Shown here: in pieces, positions 11,686 through 21,523 of the stretch
Layout: each line of letters opens with the position of its first letter
How positions within the stretch are numbered: position 1 is the first letter of the stretch
From: Azolla caroliniana
Taxonomy: Eukaryota > Plantae > Polypodiophyta
Reading direction: 5' to 3'
Assembly (NCBI GenBank): GCA_043228905.1
Contig: JBHGNT010000014.1
Span: 3,534,001-3,598,000 of the forward strand
Length of the DNA: 64,000 nucleotides
The notes under the pieces: model-generated
The model's input: only the letters and a program-made list of their open reading frames with translations
Told to the model about the DNA's origin: nothing
The model's database searches: none
Translations under genes and position numbers: made by a program

Positions 11686-11693
11686 TATATAAA
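11686..11693 (+). promoter_or_regulatory. TATA box upstream of the hammerhead
   Basis: CCTATATAAACCC, 25 nt before the start of hammerhead stem I. Confidence 0.6.
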
Positions 11694-11710
11694 CCCCCTC
11701 CCTCACCCTC

Positions 11711-11771
11711 ATGGTCTTATGTTGGCACTGATGAGCCCGTGATAGGCGAAACTAGTTTGCCATAAGACCAT
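11711..11771 (+). ncRNA. Type I hammerhead ribozyme
   Basis: Stem I: ATGGTCTTAT/ATAAGACCAT plus GGCA/TGCC with a GTT bulge. Core CTGATGA at 11728-11734. Stem II GCC-cgtgata-GGC. GAAA. Palindromic stem III ACTAGT. Cleavage triplet GUU, after 11757. Confidence 0.9.
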
Positions 11772-11984
11772 ACCTCAAAACCCATGTAATTTTTCATTTA
11801 TAATGTTAATTACATGTTTTTAATTATGCTTCTCTCCCTCGCTCTCTCTCTTCTAATCGTGTCTTAATTATGTTTCTCTAGTTCGTAATAGCACCTCTCT
11901 ATTTCATTTCTATTAGTATGGTAATCCTCTTCCCTCCCCGTAACCCTTGTTTTTAAATTTTAATTATGTTTTTCGTCTCGTATT

Positions 11985-12205
11985 TTAGTTTTAATCTTAG
12001 GTTTATTTATGTCTTAATCTCTCTCTCTCTCTCTCTCTCTCTCTTTAGTTTTAATCTTAGGTTTATTTATGTTTTAATCTCTCACTCTCTCTCTCTCTTT
12101 AGTTTTAATCTTAGGTTTATTTATGTTTTAATCTCTCTCTCTCTCTCTTTAGTTTTAATCTTAGGTTTATTTATGTTTTAATCTCTCTCTCTCTCTCTCT
12201 ATTTT
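11985..12205 (+). repeat. Tandem ~50-bp repeats containing (CT)n
   Basis: About four copies of TTAGTTTTAATCTTAGGTTTATTTATGTTTTAATC(TC)n. Confidence 0.85.
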
Positions 12206-14393
12206 AATTAGTATGTTAATCCCCTTCCCGTTAAGCCTATCTTTTAATTTTAATTTCTTTCTAATTACCCCACCCTTTACTTTATTTTTAGGTTCATGTT
12301 TCTAGATTTAGATTTCATGTTTGTTAGTTTTCGGGTTATGTTTTTTGTTTTAGTGTTTATGTTTCTAATCTTAGTGTTTTAAACCCCCACCCCTCTTCCT
12401 TTTTGTTATTCCTAATCATGCCGGCTCCCTCTCCTTTCTTCTACCTCGTCTTCGATTCGGGTGCGCTCAAATCGAGCGTGGTGTTCCTCTTCGCCTACCT
12501 CTACCCACCGATTATCGACCATTCCGCACTCCTTGTTCCGACCGTAAGGTCCATAAACTTACAAGTGACGTCCTTCAACCGGGTGGCGACCAACGGGCTT
12601 CAAGCAAGCATCCATGGGCTACGACAACAAAATCCGACATGGGAGGCGTTTGAAGAAGAGCTAAAGAGGACGTTCGCCATCGAGGATTCCTCCAAGGCGA
12701 CGCAAAGGGGATTCGAAGATTGGGTGGAGACGCCGGACAAGGGATTGAAGGTCGTTGATGTGTTTTCGGCATTCGAAAGCCGGTTCGGGAGGTTGTCCGC
12801 GAGAGATCAAACTATCCTCGTACCGGATAAGGTGATCATGTTCTTGCGAGCCGTGGACGTTCGGGACCGGAAAGATCTCGGAGTGCTCTTGGAAGACACG
12901 ACCACGGAGAGTGGCCTCACCGAAACATGGGAAAGCGTGCGGGATATCGTCGCGCGATACACAAAGAGGGGGCAATGGCTTGCCAACGAGGAAAAGAGGG
13001 TTTCGGAACCGATTCCGAAACCGAGAACCGGATTGGAAGACCATCAACCGAGGGCTCGGGAGACTACAACCGAGAAGGGGATTGATGCATCTACGGTGGA
13101 GCAACTATTGAAGGAGATGGAGAATCTGAAGATCGCGATGGTGAAGAAGTCGGATGACCGCCCCACAAGCTCCAAGTATACAGACCGACGGTGCATATGG
13201 TGCGATAGCGCCGAACGCGATCGAAGGGATTGCGACGAGCATAAGGAGGCGCTACGGCGGGATCTCATCTACTACGAGGGAAACCGGATTCATTCGATGG
13301 ACTCTCGGAAGCCACTCCGACCGAACTTTCGGAAAGGCGGCATGAAGGTGCTCATGGAGGAATTGGCAGCAAGAAGCAACTATGCGACAACCGCGGGAAT
13401 ATGTGTCGGGGAGTCATTGAGAGCAAAGACGTCTTTTTGGCCGGAAGTTCTAGAAAACACCGAGAAAACCGACTCCAACGAGATCCGAAGCACCGCGGAA
13501 GGCGTCCAGGAAGCTACGGGATGGGAGTGCCCTGTCGACAAGAATAGCGTATACGCCCTGTGTCAATTGCATAAGGTGTATGTGGACGAGAAACGACGAT
13601 GCACGGAAGATGCGGCCGGGCCATCGAAGATATCGGAAAGCCGGAACTCCGGAGGTAAGGGAAAAGAAAAGGCGACTCCGGCATTCAAGCTCGCCTCGGA
13701 CATAGAACAACAAACCGACTTGAAAAGAGTGTTCGAGGAAAGAATCTTGGATAGCCGGGTAGATTTCTCGCTTCGGGAGCTACTCGGAATAGCAAAGAAG
13801 GAGTTCCACGATCTTCTCGTGGATCTCGTGAAGCAAAAAAGACAAAGTACGGAGGAAAATGCTCCAAGGGTGAATGCGAACACCGTTTTAATGAACGACA
13901 CCGAAGTGGAGGACGAAATTCCGAACTTCCACTATACAAGGCCACATTGGGCACGCACGACTACGAAGACTCCGGTCCGAATCGGCAACATCAAAGAACC
14001 CGTGCTAGCATTGATTGATCACGGATCGGAGATCAACTTGATGTCCAAGGAGTTCTACCGGAAGGGGAAGTGGCCTATTAACACCAACCATGGATGGAAG
14101 ATTCGGGCGGCCACCAAAGCAACGGAAGATCTATTTGCGGCTTGTCCGGATGTGACGGTGAAGATCGGAGATGTCGAGATCGACCAAAATTTCTTCGTGC
14201 AAGATGAGGTTTCACATTCCGACATCCTCGGCCAACCCTTTATCACGGCATCACGGATGGAGACGAAGGTGCTCAATAGCGGTGCGGCTTTTGCATGAAT
14301 TCGGAGCCAAAACGGTGGGAAATCCGTCCAATTCCTAACGGTGCCGGAAAATCACGAAAGGAACAAGAGGGAACTCTTGTCCCAAGTGAGAAT

Positions 14394-15985
14394 GGATTTT
14401 TAAAGTGGATTGTTGCGGAGTGGGGAAGTGATAGTCCAAGAAGCCCTGATACCCCACACAGGAAGAAAACTCTCGGAGCAAAACATGTACGAATCGGTCC
14501 GGATGGGGCATCTACGTACACGACCGTAACCGGAGGATTGAAGAAAGGATACCGACAAGTGGAGGAGAAGTTGCGGTCGGCATCAATAATAAGAGAAGAT
14601 GAAGAAATCATGGGGATAGTCGAAGAAGTGTTCTATGGGAGCACGCTACAACGACTTGAAGAGCTTGCGGAAGATAAAAGCCAAGGGAACCGGGTAGTCC
14701 CGGTGGAATCGGTCGAGATGTACGAGATCATTGCGAAAATGGAGCCGGATACACTCCGCAAAGAAGAAGCAATGGTAAGTACGAAATACAAGACCGTGGA
14801 GAAGAAGGTGAAACCGGCCGCGGGACCACTACCCGCCGATAGCGAACAAAAGAGGAAAGAAGTCTCGGGAGATCCGACACTTCGGAAGTCCGTGGATATC
14901 GGACATGCCTTCACGGATGAGACCCAGAAGAAACTTCGGATCGGGGGAGGTGGGTTCCTATTACAAAAAGAAGAAGAACGGTTTTGCGAGATGTTGGAGC
15001 AACATGGCAAAGCGTTTGCATTTACATCAAGGGAGATAGGGTGCGTCGATCCGAGAATAGTGGAGCCAATGGTGATCTTCACGATTGACCATGTACCGTG
15101 GAACCTGAAGCCGATTCCGGTGCCACGAGCGCATATTCCGAAAGTCATTGACTTGCTCAAGGAGAAGGTGGCGATGGGGATTCTAGAGCCATCAACTGCT
15201 CCATACTCAAATCGATGGTTTACGGTTCCGAAGAAGAATGGGTCACTCCGATTTATCCAAGACTTGCAACCGGTGAATAAGGTCACGATCCGGAACTCGG
15301 GAGTCGGTCCGATAGTGGATGAATTTGCGGAAGCTTTTGCCGGTCGTGCGATATACTCCATCGGAGACCTATACTCAGGGTATGACCAATTCTAACTAGT
15401 CGTGGAGAGCCGAGACATCACAACCATGCGAACACCGATAGGATTAGTCCGAATGTGCACACTACCACAAGGAGCGACAAACTCGGTTGCTCATATGATG
15501 AACGCGATGAACAAGGTGCTTCGAGACTGCATTCCGGAGATAACGATGCCGTTCCTCGATGACATTCCGATGAAAGGATGCGCGGTAGAAGAAAAAGATG
15601 AGACTATGGATAATCGGGGATGCCGAAAGTTCGTGGTCGACCATATTCATGATTACGAGAAAGTGTTGCGAAAGCTAGAAGATGTGCACCTAACACTTTC
15701 CGGGGAGAAATCGACATTCGGGCAAGAAGAAATATTGGTGGTCGGACATCTATGTGGGCCCTACGACCGAAGACCGTCACCAACAAAGATCGATGCAATT
15801 CAAGCTATGGAGGAAGTATGCGAGTCAACATCCGAAGTCCGAAGGTTTCTCGGTGCATGTGCATTCTATCACATATGGATTCCGCACTATGCACATATAG
15901 CGGACCCGCTCTACCACTTGTTGCGGAAAGGTAAGAAATTCGAATGGAAACCGGAACACACCAAAGCCATGAAGAAATTGAAGAA
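14394..15985 (+). pseudogene. Gypsy pol: reverse transcriptase, in the -1 frame relative to gag
   Basis: Motifs WFTVPKKNGSLRFIQDLQPVN, DLYSGYDQF, LPQGATNS and PFLDDIP. One stop at 15393. Confidence 0.9.
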
Positions 15986-16461
15986 TGTTGGGAAATGACG
16001 CTATCAAATCTTTCTCCTCTCGGCCACAACCGAGACAACACGGATCAATACAGCAGAAAATGGGAAAAAGACACAGAGAGAGACGAATACTCAGGGTATA
16101 ACGTGGAAAACCCTAAACGGGAAAAACCACGGGAGTGCACTACTCCAACGATCACTATACACTGGAATATACAATGGCGAGCTGCAAGGCAACGACCTTG
16201 AGCTCGCTGTCCTCGCCACAGGCGGCGGTATTACACAGAGGCGTCGACCTCTTCGTTTCTCTCTCTCTCTCTCTCTCGGCTGCTCTCACTTCGCTCTCTC
16301 TGCTGAAAACATAAAATTGAGCAACAACATAAACTGTTTGCCCTAAGTCATATTTATACACATATGACTTTCGGGCTATTTACAAATATAGCCTCAAGGG
16401 CTCTTGGCAAACATATTCACAAATATGTCCCCGCATCCGGATCTCCCTCCGGGTACATTCG

Positions 16462-16620
16462 TCATCCGGCTCCGTAACCGGGGTCTTCATCATCCGGCAC
16501 CGTAGCCGGGGTCTTCATCATCCGGCTCCGTAACCGGGGTCTTCATCATCCGGCTCCGTAGCCGGGGTCTTCATCATCCGGCTCCGTAGCCGGGGTATTC
16601 ATCATCCGGCTCCGTAACCG
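16462..16620. repeat. 28-bp tandem repeat in the copia LTR (also 21271-21457)
   Basis: CCGGCTCCGTAGCCGGGGTCTTCATCAT, five copies plus a partial in the left LTR and six plus a partial in the right LTR. Confidence 0.9.
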
Positions 16621-16691
16621 CAACCGGGCTTGCCGTCATTCATCTCCGGACATCCCATCCGGAGGGACCGAAATCCCAACAAACTCCCCCT

Positions 16692-19600
16692 TCACTTCGG
16701 CATGGGATGTCTCTCCAATCCGACCCTCTTCCGGCACGCTTCCAGCTTGTCGGGTGTGAGCACTTTGGTCAGCATATCTGACCCGTTCTCTTCCGTGTGG
16801 ATCTTCGTCAGCATGAACTCCTGGTCTTCTATCCTTTCCCGGATCCAGTGATATCTTCGCTGGATGTGCTTCGTCCGGGAGTGATAGGCCGCGTTCTTCG
16901 CAAGGTGGATGGCACTCTGACTGTCGCAGTAGAGTCGGTACTCCTCTTGTCGGATACCGAGCTCTCTAATGAAGTCCTTCATCCATATTATTTCCTTGCC
17001 GGCTTCAACAGCCGCCATGTACTCCGCCTCCGTGGTTGACAACGCAACCGTCTTCTGCAGCCTCGACTGCCACGAAACAGCTCCCCCTGCATACGTCATC
17101 ACATACCCTGATGTGGACCGGCTGGTATCTTCATCAGCCGACATATCCGAATCGGTAAAGCCGTCGAGTTCGGGCTTACCGGAGCCGAATCGGAGGCACA
17201 CGTTTGCCGTGCCCTTCAGGTATCGGAGTATCCACTTGACCGCGTTCCAGTGGTCTTTGCCGGGATTGCTCATGTACCGGCTCATCACTCCAACTGCATA
17301 TCCTATGTCCGGTCTTGTACACACCATTGCGTACATCAAGCTTCCGACGGCAGAGGCATATGGTACTTTCATCATGTCCTCCTTCTCAGCCTTTGTCTTG
17401 GGGCTTTGCTTGCTGGACAACTTGCAGTTTGCCGGGAGGGTTGACCCGACCGGTCTTGCTTCCGACATGTTGAACCGGTGAAGCACCTTTGTCACGTACT
17501 TCTCCTGTGACAGCCACAACTGCTTCTTCTTCCGGTCCCGGATGATGTGCATCCCTAGTATTTGCCTCGCCGGACCCAAGTCCTTCATTGAGAAGGTTCG
17601 GTGAAGAGACTTCTTCAGCATCCGTATCTTGACCTGGTCCCGTCCGACGATCAACATGTCGTCCACGTACAGGAGGAGTATTAGAGAGTCTCCTCCTTCG
17701 AACTTCTTCACAAACACGCAGTGATCAGACTGCGTTTTGTGGTACCCTTCGTCGGTCATGAAGGAGTCGAACTTCCGGTACCATTGCCGGGGAGCCTGCT
17801 TCAGTCCGTAAAGGCTCTTCTTCAACCGGCATACCAGGTGCTCCTTCCCTTTCTTCTCGAATCCTTCCGGTTGCTGCATGTAGATCTCTTCATCGAGGTC
17901 ACCGTGAAGGAATGCCGTCTTCACGTCCATCTGTTCTACCTCGAGGTCCATGCTTGCCGCTATGCTCAGCACCGTCCGGATGGAGGTCATCTTCACTACT
18001 GGGGCAAATATCTCGTCGAAGTCGACGCCCTTCTTCTGCTGAAACCCCTTCACCACGATCCTGGCTTTGTATCTCGGGGGGTTTCCGGCATCTCCAGGTT
18101 TCAGCTTGAACACCCACTTGTTTCGAAGTGCCCGCTTTCCTTTCGGCAACTCCACAAGTTCATATGTGTGGTTCTCATGCAGGGAATCCATCTCGTCCTG
18201 CATGGCACTCAACCACCTGCGGCTCTGCGTGTCATGCTTTGCTTCGTCAAAGCTCTCCGGCTCCCCCTCGTCGGTTAGCAACACGTGCTCTGGTTCCGGA
18301 AATCTCCGGGGGGCCCTTCTCTCTCTTAGAGGGTATCTCCGTTCCGGAGCTTCGGTAACCGGTTCTTCCGATTCTTCTTCATCCGAATCCATTTCGGGAT
18401 CGGGGCCGGTTCCGGTATCGTTTTCATCTTCTTCGGCCGGTTCTGTTTCTTCACCGTCTTCGGCCGGATCCTCGAGTGCTAACCGGTCCCTTGCCGGTCG
18501 GGACTGCTCTTCGTAGAGTTGATCCTCACCGGTCGACTTGGAGCTCTTCATCTTCTTCTCCGACTCCCAGTCGGCGAGTGTCTTGTCCTCCATGAAGATG
18601 ATATCTCGACTCCTGAATATCTTCTTGTCGACCGGGTCCCATACTCGGTAGCCAAACTCGTCGTCGCCGTAACCGAGGAATATGCATGGCCGGGTCTTTG
18701 GATCTAACTTTCCTCTCCGGTCCTTTGCCACATGCACGTATGCGAGACACCCGAACACCTTCAGATGCCGGTAGGACACTTCCTTACCGGTCCACACTCT
18801 CTGCGGCGTGTCTCCGTCCAAAGGTACTGAGGGTGATCTGTTTATCACGTATGTCGCCGTCGACATTGCCTCAGCCCAAAACCCCTTGGGTAATTTCGCA
18901 TGCGCCAGCATACTCCGGACCCTCTCCATTATGGTCCGGTTCATCCTCTCGGCCAGCCCGTTTAGTTCCGGCGTCTTCGGCACAGTAAACTCGAGCCGGA
19001 TTCCCTTCGAGCGACAGTACTCCGCAAACTGCCCCCGGTATTCCCCTCCGTTATCCGCTCGTATCGCTTTCAGCTTCTTGCCGGATTCTCTTTCCACTCT
19101 CGCGTGGAGTTCTTTGAAGACGGACAACACTTGGTCCTTTGTCTTCAACGGTGCCGTCCACAGCTTCCGGCTGTGATCATCAATGAAAGTCACGAAGTAC
19201 TGGGCTCCGCCATGTGACTTCGTTTCTACCTGACACACATCAGTGTGCACCAACTCCAATGGTGCGCTACGTCTCGTCGGTGGCCTTGAGTGGAAGGAGG
19301 TTCGGTTCTGCTTACCGGCCAGGCAATCGGTGCACTTCTCCAGGTGCACATGCTTCACTGGAATAAGGTTGTCTTCTGCAAGCCTCTTCATCCCCTTCTC
19401 ACTCATGTGGCACAGTCTCTTGTGCCACAGCTCACCGGCAGTGTCGGCTGCCACGTTCAACTCTTCCGGACATAACCGGGCATTCATCAGGTACAGTGTG
19501 TTGTCTTTCCGGGCCCGAGCCACAATCAGGCTCCCTTTGCTGAACTTCATGACCCTGTTCCGGATGCTGCCCGTGTAGCCTTCATCATCTAGCCTCCCGG

Positions 19601-20765
19601 CCGAGATCAGGTTCAATCGGACCTCCGGAACGTGTCGCACATCCTTCAGCAGCATCTTGCATCCGGTTGATGTCATCAGCCACACGTCTCCTATGCCGGC
19701 AATCCGGCATGTGCCTTCATTTCCCATCCGGACACAGCCATGCTCACCGGCTGTGTAGGATGAGAAGTATTTCTTCTCCGGGGTCAGGTGGAACGACGCT
19801 CCGGAATCGACCACCCAGGTCATCTCTTCACCGGCAAGGTTTAGCTCCGTCTCTTCGGTCATGAGCATTATCTCTTCTTCACTTGCCGCGAATGCCGTCG
19901 TTCCTTTCCGGTCCTGCCCTCGCCGATCCGGACCTCTCCGATCCGTGGCTCCCCGGTATGCACCGTTTCTCTCCGGTGACTTCTTCGAATCGGTGTCGTC
20001 GGCTCCGTTGTCCTTTCGGTAATGCCGACAATTCTTCCGGAAGTGCCCCGGCTTCCCACAGTGGAAGCATGTGGGTCTTCCTCTTGACTGCGACCGGGTC
20101 CCCGACTTCTCCCGTCTTTGCGGACTCCGGTTCCATTGTCTTCCCCGTTCCGATTCGGTAAGCAGCGCCTTCGAGTCGGAGGCCGGTTCTTTATCTCTCC
20201 GACGCGCTTCCTCATTCAGAATACTTGTCTTTACCGTTTGTAAGGACAAGTTATCTTCGGTGCAGGAGGTGCTGAGAGTCACCACCAAGTTCTCCCAGCT
20301 TTCCGGCAATGTGCACATCAGGATGATGGCTTGCATTGCATCCTCCAACGGGAACTTGATCGCCGCAAGCTGATTCACGAATCCCATGAACGTGCTTACG
20401 TGTTCCACCATACTCTCGCCGTCCCGGTACTTGAGATTCACAATCTTCCTCATCAGGGAGGTCCGGTTCAACGCATTCTTCCTCTCGTAGAGGCCCGACA
20501 GCTTCTTCCACATCTCATATGCGTTGGTGTCGTTCGCCACATGTTGTAGTACGCTTACATTGACATATTGTCGGATCGTCGCTACGGCTTTCCGGTTCAG
20601 GAGCTTCCACTCCGACTCAAGTACCCCCTTCGGTATTTCCGACCTGTCAATCGGTTCGTACAGGTCCCGAACAATCAGAAGATCCTCCATCTTGATCTTC
20701 CAGTCGGCGTAATTCTGTGCATTCAGCACCATCATCATCGGCTGCCCGCTGCCGCCGCCTTCCAT
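16692..20765 (-). CDS. Copia gag-pol polyprotein, about 1357 aa, uninterrupted
   Basis: The first ATG after the PBS is at 20765. Motifs CFHCGKPGHFRKNC, VVDSGASFH, WHKRLCH, IRADNGGEY, YVDDML and RNase H. Confidence 0.96.
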   Translation of the reverse strand: MEGGGSGQPMMMVLNAQNYADWKIKMEDLLIVRDLYEPIDRSEIPKGVLESEWKLLNRKAVATIRQYVNVSVLQHVANDTNAYEMWKKLSGLYERKNALNRTSLMRKIVNLKYRDGESMVEHVSTFMGFVNQLAAIKFPLEDAMQAIILMCTLPESWENLVVTLSTSCTEDNLSLQTVKTSILNEEARRRDKEPASDSKALLTESERGRQWNRSPQRREKSGTRSQSRGRPTCFHCGKPGHFRKNCRHYRKDNGADDTDSKKSPERNGAYRGATDRRGPDRRGQDRKGTTAFAASEEEIMLMTEETELNLAGEEMTWVVDSGASFHLTPEKKYFSSYTAGEHGCVRMGNEGTCRIAGIGDVWLMTSTGCKMLLKDVRHVPEVRLNLISAGRLDDEGYTGSIRNRVMKFSKGSLIVARARKDNTLYLMNARLCPEELNVAADTAGELWHKRLCHMSEKGMKRLAEDNLIPVKHVHLEKCTDCLAGKQNRTSFHSRPPTRRSAPLELVHTDVCQVETKSHGGAQYFVTFIDDHSRKLWTAPLKTKDQVLSVFKELHARVERESGKKLKAIRADNGGEYRGQFAEYCRSKGIRLEFTVPKTPELNGLAERMNRTIMERVRSMLAHAKLPKGFWAEAMSTATYVINRSPSVPLDGDTPQRVWTGKEVSYRHLKVFGCLAYVHVAKDRRGKLDPKTRPCIFLGYGDDEFGYRVWDPVDKKIFRSRDIIFMEDKTLADWESEKKMKSSKSTGEDQLYEEQSRPARDRLALEDPAEDGEETEPAEEDENDTGTGPDPEMDSDEEESEEPVTEAPERRYPLRERRAPRRFPEPEHVLLTDEGEPESFDEAKHDTQSRRWLSAMQDEMDSLHENHTYELVELPKGKRALRNKWVFKLKPGDAGNPPRYKARIVVKGFQQKKGVDFDEIFAPVVKMTSIRTVLSIAASMDLEVEQMDVKTAFLHGDLDEEIYMQQPEGFEKKGKEHLVCRLKKSLYGLKQAPRQWYRKFDSFMTDEGYHKTQSDHCVFVKKFEGGDSLILLLYVDDMLIVGRDQVKIRMLKKSLHRTFSMKDLGPARQILGMHIIRDRKKKQLWLSQEKYVTKVLHRFNMSEARPVGSTLPANCKLSSKQSPKTKAEKEDMMKVPYASAVGSLMYAMVCTRPDIGYAVGVMSRYMSNPGKDHWNAVKWILRYLKGTANVCLRFGSGKPELDGFTDSDMSADEDTSRSTSGYVMTYAGGAVSWQSRLQKTVALSTTEAEYMAAVEAGKEIIWMKDFIRELGIRQEEYRLYCDSQSAIHLAKNAAYHSRTKHIQRRYHWIRERIEDQEFMLTKIHTEENGSDMLTKVLTPDKLEACRKRVGLERHPMPK

Positions 20766-21523
20766 TTTCTGCAACAGTCGCTCTGATACCAGTTTGTTGG
20801 GAAATGACGCTATCAAATCTTTCTCCTCTCGGCCACAACCGAGACAACACGGATCAATACAGCAGAAAATGGGAAAAAGACACAGAGAGAGACGAATACT
20901 CAGGGTATAACGTGGAAAACCCTAAACGGGAAAAACCACGGGAGTGCACTACTCCAACGATCACTATACACTGGAATATACAATGGCGAGCTGCAAGGCA
21001 ACGACCTTGAGCTCGCTGTCCTCGCCACAGGCGGCGGTATTACACAGAGGCGTCGACCTCTTCGTTTCTCTCTCTCTCTCTCTCTCGGCTGCTCTCACTT
21101 CGCTCTTTCTGCTGAAAACATAAAATTGAGCAACAACATAAACTGTTTGCCCTAAGTCATATTTATACACATATGACTTTCGGGCTATTTACAAATATAG
21201 CCTCAAGGGCTCTTGGCAAACATATTCACAAATATGTCCCCGCATCCGGATCTCCCTCCGGGTACATTCGTCATCCGGCTCCGTAACCGGGGTCTTCATC
21301 ATCCGGCACCGTAGCCGGGGTCTTCATCATCCGGCTCCGTAACCGGGGTCTTCATCATCCGGCTCCGTAGCCGGGGTCTTCATCATCCGGCTCCGTAGCC
21401 GGGGTCTTCATCATCCGGCTCCGTAGCCGGGGTATTCATCATCCGGCTCCGTAACCGCAACCGGGCTTGCCGTCATTCATCTCCGGACATCCCATCCGGA
21501 GGGACCGAAATCCCAACAAAGAA

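Larger units (their letters stand above)
10059..12564 (+). mobile_element. Non-coding hammerhead-bearing retroelement (retrozyme or non-autonomous Penelope-like) with 287-bp direct terminal redundancy
   Basis: 10059-10345 equals 12278-12564 (one mismatch seen). No TG..CA ends, PBS or TSD. It splits gag and contains a TATA box and a hammerhead. Confidence 0.8.
9875..14403 (+). pseudogene. Gypsy gag-protease, interrupted at 10059-12564
   Basis: MENQPE...RCGI continues after the insert as LQVTSFNRV. Degenerate knuckle CIWCDSAERDRRDC. Protease motif ALIDHGSEINLM. Premature TGA at 14296 and natural TAA at 14401. Confidence 0.88.
15986..21518 (-). mobile_element. Intact young Ty1/copia retrotransposon nested in the gypsy pol
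   Basis: LTRs 20795-21518 and 15986-16681, nearly identical. TSD AAGAA at 15981-15985 and 21519-21523. tRNA-iMet PBS TGGTATCAGAGC at 20780-20791. PPT at about 16684-16696. Confidence 0.98.

Noticed and set aside
12403-12564. N-terminus of the 631-aa ORF as part of gag
   Set aside because: It derives from the inserted element's repeat, fortuitously in frame. The real gag start is 9875.
16462-16620. CRISPR-like array
   Set aside because: Head-to-tail 28-mers with no unique spacers, inside an LTR, and no cas genes.
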